DNA of 64,000 nt from the human T2T-CHM13v2.0 reference genome, Homo sapiens, in assembly GCF_009914755.1 (NCBI RefSeq), contig NC_060934.1. One strand, written 5' to 3'. The notes beneath the pieces are model-generated. The model saw only the letters and a list, made by a program, of their open reading frames with translations. It ran no database searches and had not been told where the DNA came from. A program made the translations under genes and the position numbers. This document shows, in pieces, positions 1 to 64,000 of the stretch; positions within the stretch are counted from its first letter, which is position 1; each line of letters begins with the position of its first letter.

Positions 1-611
1 TTACCCATTTAACCTCCTTAGGAGATATAGGGCTATTCAGATTGTTTCTTCCTGAGTACATTTTGTTAGTTTATGTCTGTCAAGGTATTCATACATTTCA
101 TTTAAGTTGTTAAATTTGTTGGCATTAAGTTGTTAATAACTTCTCCTTATTAACTTTTTAATATTTATAAGATTTTCAGTGATGTCCTCTCTCTCATTTG
201 TGATATTGGTAATGTGACTTCTTTTTTTCCCTGATCAGATTTATCTGTTTCATTGATCTTCTGAAAGAAACAGCTATTGGTTTCATTGATTGTCTCTATT
301 TTTGTCTGTTTTCTATTTCACTGATTTCTATTCTGGGCTATTATTTCCTTCCTTTTACTTATTTTGGGTTTAATTTGATTTTCTTGTTCTAGCTTCTTAA
401 GGTAGAATCTTAGATCATTGATTTTAGACTTCTCTTATTTTCCAATATAAGCATTTACAGCTATAAACTTCTCTCTAGAAAATAATTTAGCTAATTCCAC
501 ACATTTTGCTTTGTTTTGCTATCATTATCATTAAGTTCAAACTATTTTCTAATATCCTTTGTGATTTCTTCTTTGACCTGTGGGTTGATTATTTATTTAT
601 TTAGATCTGTA

Positions 612-862
612 TGTATTTATTTATTGAGACAGACTCTCACTGTCACCCAGGCTGGAGTGCAGTGGCACAATCATGGCTCACTGCAGCCTCAACCTCCCAG
701 GCTCACGTGATCCTCCCACGTGAGCCTCCCTAGTAGCCGGGACTACAGACATGCCACCACACCTGGCTATTTTTTTTTTTTTTAATTTTTGTAGAGATAG
801 AGTTTTGCCATTTTGTGCAGGCTGGTCTCAAACTCCTGGCCTCAAGTGATCTGCCTGCCTTG
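612..862 (-). repeat. AluJ-like
   Basis: Alu consensus. Confidence 0.85.
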
Positions 863-923
863 GAGACCTGTGAGTTATTTAGAAGTGTATATTTCCAAAT
901 ACTTGAAGTTTTCCTATATATCT

Positions 924-1058
924 AGTGATGAGATGGTAAATGTTTAACTGCTGGCTGTCAGGGGTGTGGGTGGAGCCTGGTTTGCTGATTTCCATGACGT
1001 AAATTCTCCTACCATGGCCAATTTCAAACTACCGATGTTATGTCATTGAATATAGAGT
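924..1058 (+). mobile_element. MER63-like hAT fragment
   Basis: GGTAAATGTTTAAC...CCATGGCCAATTTCAAACTACC. Confidence 0.65.
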
Positions 1059-1060
1059 TT

Positions 1061-1379
1061 CAATCCCATTACTGGGTATATATCCAAAATAAAACAAATC
1101 TTTCTACCAAAAGGACACATGTGATTGCAATATTCACAGTAGTAAAGACATGGAATCTAGCTAAGGTGCCCATCAATGGTGGTCTGGATAAAGAAAATGC
1201 AGTACATATACACCAAGGAGTACTGCGCAGCACAAAAAAGAACAAAATCATGTCTTTTGCAGCAACACGGATGCAGCTGGAGGCCATTATCCTAAGTGAA
1301 TTAATGCAGGAACAGAAAACCAAATACTGCAAGTTCTCACTTATAAATGGAAGCTAAACACTGGGTACTTGTGGACATA
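1061..1379 (+). mobile_element. Older primate L1 (L1PA13-16-like) ORF2-end/3' UTR fragment
   Basis: CAATCCCATTACTGGGTATA...; translates KIMSFAATRMQLEAIILSEL. Confidence 0.8.
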
Positions 1380-1947
1380 CCGACGTGATTCTAGTGAAAG
1401 AGAAGGTGGGGAAAAGGGGCTGACTGGGTTCTCCCCCAGCTCCTCCTAATGAAAAGAAATAAAAAGAAGCCAGGGATCCCCCAAAGCCAAATAAGCTCAT
1501 GGATCAACTCATCCATATTGAGGCTGGGGAAGGCTGGGGAAGGCTGGGGAAGGCTGGAGAACGAAGCAGCCATGCGGATGGCCTGAGCCACATGCAGAGA
1601 GGAGGAGCGGAGGGGAGGATTGGGCAGCTGGCCTGGCTAGCTATCGGGGTGGAGGGGCAAGGCCAGGGCCAGCTTACCCTGAAAATCCCCCTCACACATA
1701 TCCAAAACTGCACCACTCATGTCACACAGCTGCAAGAACACAATGACAGGATTCAGAGAAAGGAATGAACATCACAAAACATGAATGTCACACACACAAA
1801 AAAAAAAACTATGCCAATATCATAGTCCCAGGCGGGCCACACCAAACCATGATGGATTCTACACTGGCTTAGAGATCTGAATGTATGGTACAAAACAACA
1901 GTCTGCTGCCAAAAGGACATTAAAACAGGGTCTGCATGGGGCTCCCT

Positions 1948-2121
1948 GTAACTGGGATTACAGGTGTGCACCACCACACCCGCCTAATTTTTGTATTTTC
2001 AGTAGAGACGGGGGTTTTACCATGTTGACCAGGCTGGTCTTGAACTCCTGACCTAGGATGATCTGCCTCCCTCGGCCTCCCAAAGTGCTGGGATTACAGG
2101 TATGAGCCACCATGCCCAGCT
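1948..2121 (-). repeat. Alu missing most of its right arm and tail
   Basis: Begins mid right arm (CTGGGATTACAGG). Confidence 0.85.
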
Positions 2122-2247
2122 AATAAGTTATATTTTTATTTTCATTCAGTTCAAATTTTCAAATTTCCCTGTGACTTCATCTTTCATTAGAGGAATATTT
2201 AGATATGCGTTGATCATTTCTAAGTGTTTAGAAATTTTCCTGTTATC

Positions 2248-2560
2248 TTTTTTTTTTTTTTTTTTTTTTTTGAGATAGAGTCTTGTTCTGTTGCCCAGGC
2301 TGTAGTGCAGTGGCCCAATCTCAGCTCACTGCAAACTCTGCCTCCGGAGTTAAAGTGATTGTCCTGTTTCAGCCTCCCAAGTAGCTAGGATTACAGTCGT
2401 GCACCACCACACCCAGCTAATTTTTGTATTTTTAGTAGAGACAGGGTTTCCCCATGTTGGCCAGGCTGGTCTCAAACTACTGACTTCAAGTGAGCTGTCA
2501 GCCTTGGCTTCCCAAAGTGCTGGGATTACAGGCGTGAGCCAAGAGCCACCACACCTGGCC
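2248..2560 (-). repeat. AluS
   Basis: TSD ATTTTCCTGTTATC. Confidence 0.9.
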
Positions 2561-3125
2561 AGATTTTCCTGTTATCTTTCTATTACTGATAACTAGTTTG
2601 GTTCTGTCATGGTCTGAGATCATACATTGTATGATTTCAATTCATTTAAGTGTGTTAAGGTCAGTTTTATTGCCTAGGATATAGTTTGTCTTGGTGATGT
2701 TCCATGTGCACTTGAAAGAATGTGTACCTTGCTGTTGTTGGGTGATCTATAATATCAATTGGATCCCACTGGTTAATGGTGCTGTTCAATTTTTCTATAT
2801 TCTGTTAATTCTCTGTCTAGTGGTTCTATCAAATACGGAGATAGGGGTGAGACACACCCAACTCTAAGTATGAATTTGTCTGCATCTCCCTTCGGCCCTG
2901 TTAGTTTTTGCTTCATTATCTTAAAAAGCTGTGTTGTTTAGTGCAAACACACTTAGAACTGGTATGTCTTCTTGGTGAATTAACCCTGTTATTGTTCTTT
3001 AATGTTTCTCTTTGTCTCAATTGATTTTCTTTGCTCTGGAGTCTTCTTTGTCCATTATTAACACAGCTACTCCAGCTTACTATTATTGGTTCATAAGCTC
3101 TTATTGTTTATCCTTTTATGCTTAA

Positions 3126-3296
<171 letters not shown>

Positions 3297-3403
3297 TGAG
3301 GTTCCTGTACACAACATATAGTTGAGGTTTTAAAAATTATTATTTAAAGTCAGTCTATGTCTTTTAATTTGTATGTTTAGACCATTTGCATTGAATGTAA
3401 TTA

Positions 3404-3917
3404 TGTTAGTTTCCTATTGCTGCTGTAACAAATTACTACAAGCTTAGTGGCTTAAAACAACACAAACATATTATCTCATAGTTCTCAAGGCCAAAAGTCT
3501 GAAATCAGTTTCACTGGATTAAGGTCAAGATTTGACAGGGCTAGCTCCTTCTGGAGGCTCTAAGGGAGAATTTATTTCCTTGCCTTTTCAGCTTGTGGAG
3601 GCTACCTATATACCTTGGTTTGTAGCCCCTTTCCTCCAACTTCAAAGCCAGAAGCATAACATCTTCAAATATCTTTCTCTAGCCCTCTGATTCCGTTATC
3701 ACATTGTCTTTTTTTTTGTCTGTGACTTCTCCTGCATCTCTCATATAAGGACCCTTGTGGTTACATTGGACCTACCCAGACAATCCAAGATAATCTCCCC
3801 ATTTCAAGATTCTTGACCACATTTGCAAAGTCTCTTTTGCTATATAAGGCAACAGTTCCAGGTCCCAGGGATTAGGACATGAACATCTTTGGAGGAGCCA
3901 TTGTTTAGCCTACCATA
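3404..3917 (-). mobile_element. MLT1 (MLT1D-like) MaLR LTR
   Basis: TTAGTTTCCTATTGCTGCTGTAACAAATTAC... and ...AGCCTACCATA termini. Confidence 0.8.
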
Positions 3918-4116
3918 GTATTTATTTATGTTAGGATTTAAGTTTGCCATTTTAGTATTTGTTTTCTATTTGTTCTCTCTGCTTTTTATTCTACTATTTT
4001 CCTTTTTCTGCCTTCCTGTGAATTATGCGAACATTTTTTAGTATCCCATTTTGACTTATCTATAGTGTATTAGAGTATATGTAATTGTGGTTTTTTTTTA
4101 ATGGTTGCTGTTAAGA

Positions 4117-4157
4117 CAGAGCTGCAAACTATAGCCTATGGGCCATATATGACCTGC

Positions 4158-4223
<66 letters not shown>

Positions 4224-4328
4224 TTGTTTTGGGACACAGTCACATCCATTTTTAAATGCATCATCTATGACTGCTTTCACATTACATTAGCAGAGTTGAT
4301 TATTTATGACAGAGACCAGATGGCCCAC
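4117..4328 (+). mobile_element. MER58-like hAT element containing (AT)n
   Basis: GCAAACTATAGCC...GACAGAGACC. Confidence 0.65.
4161..4218. repeat. (AT)29 microsatellite
   Basis: Perfect dinucleotide run. Confidence 0.97.
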
Positions 4329-5001
4329 TTTCAAATTACTGTTTTAAAAAATATTTTATACTTGCAACTTGTAAGAGGGTTTGCCACACCACTTCATGCT
4401 GCTTCCATTACTGTAAATTGAACATTAGTCTTATAAATGTGATTTCAGCTGATAGAATGGAAACTAAATTACAAGAGGTAGGCAAATTAGATATATAAGA
4501 AACTGAGACAAATTAAATGGAACACATGTACATTGCTCCATTAGTGATATATGGAAGTAGAGAAATACAATACTAGGTTAAATTAAGGCAGGCAAGAGAT
4601 TGGGCTATTTTGAATTACCAACAGAAGAATGTGTTGGACATGGGCTATGAGTCTAGATGAAGAAGATGGAGACTTCCAGTTAAACAGAGTAGATAGGCTA
4701 TGTATATATATTTCCTTATTCTTATTTCGAAAATCTCACTAAAATGAGAATTTAAAATGTATAAACCTACAAAGATGAAGAAAACAGAAGAGGAAAAGTA
4801 AACTACAAGAAATATCAAAAAACCTTTGAAGGACAGAAAAGTAGATGGGAAGGACTTCTGCTTCTGGCAATTATTGACTGGGTCATTCAGACCAATTTCC
4901 CACTGAGGGCAACCAGAAAAGGTGAACAAAATATATATTTTTAAAACATGCTTGAATATACCAGAGAGCTAACCAGATAGACTCTCTAAGCTCACATCTA
5001 G

Positions 5002-5349
<348 letters not shown>

Positions 5350-5577
5350 TGAAACTATATTTTCTTGCATGGGTATATGAGTTTCAAGGGTGAGACTGAG
5401 AGTCTGGCAGGCTCAACTTTACTTTTGATTGACTCTCAAGGATGTGTATGGCAGACACTGGTAGACAATGACCACCAGAAGGAATTTGAGTTGAGATACC
5501 AAAGAGCTACACTCTAAGAGTAAAGGATGAAACTGAAATAGGCCTTCACAGGAATTATAAGTCATCTTCAAATCCTT

Positions 5578-5905
<328 letters not shown>

Positions 5906-6051
5906 CTAAATTAGTTTACCAACAGAGTGTCCTATATATGATTTAAAAATAACCAGACACACAAGGATACCTGACAATATGAACCAAAACAAATAAAAAG
6001 GAGAGAAAATATAAATAGTGCCACAGGAGGTTGGGACACAAACTTTATAGT

Positions 6052-6558
6052 TGCCAAGGCCAGCTCGGTCATGGAGACCCTAACCCAGTGGCGCTAGAGG
6101 AATTAAAGACACACACACAGAAATATAGAGTGTGGAGTGGAAAATTGGGGCTGACAGCCTTCAGAGCTGAGAGCCATAAACAGAGTATTACCCACATATT
6201 TGTTGACAGCAAGCCAGTGATAAGCATTGTTTCTATAGATTATGGATTAGCTAAAAGTATGCCTTATGGGAAACAAGGGGATGGGCCGAAACAAAGGGAT
6301 GGGCTCTGGCTAGTTATCTGCAGCAGAAACATGTCCTTAAGGCACAGATCACTCATGCTATTGTTTGTGGTTTAAGAACGCCTTAAGCAGTTTTCCCCCT
6401 TGGGTGGGCCAGGTGTTTCCTCGCCCTCATTCCAGTAAACTCACAACCTTCAGCATGGGCGTTGTGGCCATCACAACATTTCACAGTGCTGCAGAGATTG
6501 TGTTTATGGCTAGTTTGGGGGCCAGTTTATGGCCAGATTTGGGGGCCTGTTCCCAACA
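6052..6558 (-). mobile_element. MER9 solo LTR (HERV-K HML-3)
   Basis: Minus strand starts TGTTGGGAACAGGCCCCCAAATCTGGCCATAAAC and ends ...GGCA; flanks ATAGT/GTAGT. Confidence 0.88.
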
Positions 6559-6649
6559 GTAGTCACTGTGATCAAGAAGATAAAGGTCAGATTAAGAATT
6601 TAATCAGAGAACAGTAAACTATAATAAAAGTGATGAAATGGGAATTTCA

Positions 6650-6847
6650 GAGCCTATTGCTCCTACACTACAAATGTGTACAGGCTGTTACTGTACTGAA
6701 TACTGGAGGCAACTATAATACAATGGTAAGTATTTGTGTATCTAAACATAGAAAAGGTACAGTAAAAATACAGTATTATAATATCACGGGACCACTGTCA
6801 CATATGTGATTCATCATTGACTGAAACGTTATGTGGTACATGACCAC
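6650..6847 (+). mobile_element. Tigger3 (Golem) 3' fragment
   Basis: ATAGAAAAGGTACAGTAAAAATACAGTATTATAAT. Confidence 0.75.
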
Positions 6848-7267
6848 ATTTTTATGTGTATGAAAAAACGATGCTTTGATTATGTAGGAAAATATTCTTA
6901 ATCCTAGGTGATATATGCAAATATATTTTTTCTATTTTATTATTTATTAATGTGTATTGTAGAATAAACTTATTTTATGCATGCATGGCCTCAATATGTT
7001 TATTACTCATACTTTTCTTAGGAAGCTTCTGGAGGATGTGCTCCACCAAAATGAGGAAGCAAAGTATGAAAGAGGAAGGCACAGAATCCAAGAAATGATG
7101 CATCTTGAAGTTAAAGGAGATTTTCAGAATCACAGCAAAGGAACATCCCAGGAGAAGAGTTACCCATCAGGCCTAGAGGGTAAGCACTGAGAACTGAAGA
7201 AGGAAGATAGAAGGCTTTGGAGGAAGAAATATCTCTAGGGGGGAAAAATGGACTGATGCATTTTAAC

Positions 7268-7314
<47 letters not shown>
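7268..7314. repeat. (TATC)~11 tetranucleotide STR
   Basis: Direct reading. Confidence 0.95.
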
Positions 7315-7323
7315 ATCTAACTA

Positions 7324-7639
<316 letters not shown>

Positions 7640-8688
7640 TGACAATACTTTTGAAGCATGCGGGGGAAAAAGGCAAAAGGAACACAGAATACTAAGTTTT
7701 CTGAATAAATTAGGCAATTTTTAGTTCTTGGAAAAATAAAGCTATAAAAGAACAAAAAAATACAGAAAGTGGCTCAGCAGAGAATAGTATGTTTATAGAA
7801 ATAATAATATAAACATTGATATTGATGTGTCTTACCTGTCTAATATATCTCAGGTTCTGTCAATGCCATAGACCCTCAGGTGCATGCTCTGTATCAGGCA
7901 CTTTGGCAACTACTTCTCTATGAGAGGCCCAGTCACAGTCCTGCTGCTAAGGCTGACTGCCAGCACTTGGGTTCATGGAGTCCTACTACCTAGGAACTAC
8001 TTATTTCTTCACCAAAGAGAGCCAGGCCCTCCCTGACCCCTTGGTAGGACAGTTAGTTCAACCAGCCACATAATCTGAGTTCCTGGCTCTTCCCACCACT
8101 TCTGGATTGGACAGAATTCTACACTTTAGGGTATGGCATATGACTTCTCAAGCAGGTACCAAATGGACCAGACTATAGAACTTGGAAGTATGGGTCCAAT
8201 TAACTCCACAGGTGATTAATTTTGACCAGCGGAAGAGAAGAGACAAAATAACAGATTCTCTTTCCTTCTTCCTTCCCATATTATTCAGTCATGGTTTCCC
8301 TATATAGCCTGAATGCTTGGAGATGTCCCACAAGACTAAGCAAGTTTACCTGCAAAGCAACCAGCTGCATTCTTTGCAGTTTATCATAATGAAATGGCCA
8401 ATGTAGACATAAGGTGTCACCTTACATTGGTTCATATCCTTTGTTGCCTCTCTTACTGTTTTTTCCTCACTCTGCCTGTTCTGAAATTAACTCTTCTAAT
8501 TAAAGTATTAGCATTAAATTCTTGACTCAGGCTCTATTTTATATTAAATCCAGGCTAATAGAATTGATTTTACAACAAAAAATTGTTATGATTACATAAA
8601 GATGATGAACATCAACTGAAAAAGAGCAACATTTCAAACTCAAAAAAAGAGACATACTTAAACTTTAGAAGCATAAATCAATAATTAA

Positions 8689-8997
<309 letters not shown>

Positions 8998-9178
8998 AAA
9001 TCAATGATTTAAATAACATATATAGAGAAGAGTAACAAAACCAAAACCTGGTTCTTTGAAAAGATTATGTTAGGCCTTTGTCAAGACTTATCAAGAGAAA
9101 AAGGCAAAGGATGCAAATAAACAAAATGCAAGTTGAATGGGGTAATTACTAACAAAATCCATATTAAAAATAACAAGA

Positions 9179-9503
<325 letters not shown>

Positions 9504-10412
9504 TTATTTTAATAGTTCCAAACTAAAAACAACACAGGTATCTATCAACAGGTGAATGGATGAACTAATTGTGGTATATCCATACAATGGAATACTACTT
9601 AGCGATAAAAAGGGATGAAATATTGATATAAGCAACAACATGTTTAAATCTCAAAGTAATTATGCATAGATAAAAAAGAGTACATACTGTGTGATTCTAT
9701 TTAATTCTGGAAATTCTAGAAAATTCCAGGTGTTTTCTAGAATTCAAAAATTCTAGAAAATGCAAACTTATCTATGATGATAGAAAGTAGACTAGTAGTT
9801 GTCTGGAAATGGGAGCAAGAGAAAGAGATGCCCACAACTGGGCATGAGGAAAATTTTAGGGACAATGAATATGTTCATTATGTTGATTGTGGTGATGTTT
9901 TCTTGATTGTGTACATATGTCAAAATTTATCAAATTGTACATATTAAATATGTGCAGTTTTTGAAATGTCAATTACACCTCAAACTGTTAAAAAATGTAG
10001 GCACACAAAATAATAATACACACATGCAAGGAACACACAAACAAAAACACACATACCACACAGAATGACTGGAGGAAAAGAGAATCACAGAACAGCAGGG
10101 GAAAGGGAGTACATAAATAAATACATTTGAGAATCATAAGAGAGGGACTCTATGTGGTAGAGAGAAAAGTGAGGGGGGAAAAATGAAATTTACTCTGTTA
10201 GAATGGTGCCCCTTTTAAAGACAGTAAATTCTCTAAGATTAAAACAATTGAATCTCAACAGTAGAAGTTTCAGACCACTAATCATATGAATGAGGAAATA
10301 TTTAGAAGTTCAGAGTTTTTCCTGGTATCCCTGAAATAACTCAAACTCAATGTATTCATTCATTTAACAAATATTTACTGAGTGCCTACCATGTGCCAGC
10401 TTCTGTTCTTAG

Positions 10413-10595
<183 letters not shown>

Positions 10596-10640
10596 TAATT
10601 TTTCTAATAGCCACTCTTCACCTCTATTCCCTGGCTCTAC

Positions 10641-60996
<50,356 letters not shown>

Positions 60997-61671
60997 CTAC
61001 AGAAATAGATACCATATGTCAGGAAAATTTGTAAAGGACTTTGAAATGGACAAGAAGATTATTCAAGTGTCTTTTCAATGGAATGCTGAGTGTTATCAAA
61101 CATACCCCTCTACGATTAATCTGATTCTAGAGAGGGGCCTGTGCCCTTCATTCCCTTTGTGCTATTTTACAACTCTGTAACTTATAGACATTTGATAATA
61201 ATGCAAATTATTCTTGTTCATAAATATGCAGATACAGTTTGTCCAGTGGCAATGTAACTGATTATTTCCCTGAAGCTAATGACAAATTTTGAATTATTGG
61301 CAAATTCATTTCAGCATTCCTGATGCCTATATACTCCTTTGAACTCATTGTCACATTTTACTGATTCCCTCATTAATTAGTTAAATAAAATCTTGGACCA
61401 AATTCTGTGTTATTTATATTTATATGAGAGTTGTGCTTATACCTGTTTAAAAATTATCCTTTAGAAAACGAACTAAAATCTGGCAAGGGGCTAAAAATAT
61501 AGGCATTTTCATGTCTTATAACTTATCCAAAGTATACTTGCAGTAGAAAATTGGTAAAATATATAAGTAGGCAATTTATAGAAGGGGAAATTAGAACATC
61601 CAACATTTAAACAAAAACATGCTATGTTTCATTAATAATCAGTAAAGTGCACATTAAAACAATGAGATATC

Positions 61672-63678
<2,007 letters not shown>

Positions 63679-63856
63679 CAGAATTTAATACATCAGCAAG
63701 AAAAATACTAAGCCCTCCAGGAGAAAAAAAATAAAAGACACTTTTAATTATCAAAATTAGCAAAAACAAAGAGAAAATTTTCAATACAATCTCAAAGTTG
63801 GAGAGAGGGCAATGCACAGATCTGCCTCATATAACTATGTGGGCTGTTCCCCGGAA

Positions 63857-63960
63857 GGGTGATCAGCCATCTCATTTGCCTAGGACTGTCCCAGTTGTGG
63901 TGCTGAAAGTCCCATGTCCCAGGAACCTCCTAAGTCCTCAGCAAACTGAACAGTTGCTAC
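63857..63960 (+). mobile_element. MER94-like hAT MITE
   Basis: AGGGTGATC...GCTGAAAGTCCCATGTCCC. Confidence 0.6.
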
Positions 63961-64000
63961 ACAACTTTAGTGGGTCATCCACATACATGGCCCTGGAAAT

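Noticed and set aside
1499-1768. 89-aa plus-strand ORF in the unexplained block
   Set aside because: No recognisable protein; it runs through a tandem repeat, and the splice signals are on the other strand.
4098-4280. ORF with (YI)n repeat
   Set aside because: Translation of the (AT)29 microsatellite.
7827-8560. Non-Alu, non-L1 stretch as a possible extra exon
   Set aside because: No convincing splice-bounded frame; it resembles an old ERVL-type LTR, but I could not name it confidently.

Overview
Primate, almost certainly human, genomic DNA lying entirely inside a minus-strand multi-exon gene. Fourteen coding exons (60996 down to 10641; 1,840 nt, about 613 codons) join in frame with consistent phases. 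They translate to the central part of CFAP70 (TTC18), a TPR-containing cilia/flagella protein, recognised from memory of its protein sequence. Neither gene end is in the window. The introns are dense with repeats: about 45 Alus, a full-length but inactivated L1PA3-type LINE-1 with a 13-bp TSD, old L1M/L2/MIR fragments, solo LTRs (MER9, MER39-like, MER52A, MLT1, MST), DNA-transposon relics and a U13 snoRNA retrocopy. I see no new multi-gene system. The best leads are: (1) a ~570-bp non-repeat block at 1380-1950 carrying a complete 52-nt exon-like unit that would act as a poison exon in CFAP70; (2) an L1 antisense promoter pointing into a CFAP70 exon 225 bp away; (3) a sense MER52A LTR with a TATA box and a donor motif; (4) a GC-AG intron; (5) templated-insertion repair scars. 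Repeat subfamily names come from recalled consensus sequences and repeat boundaries are approximate.
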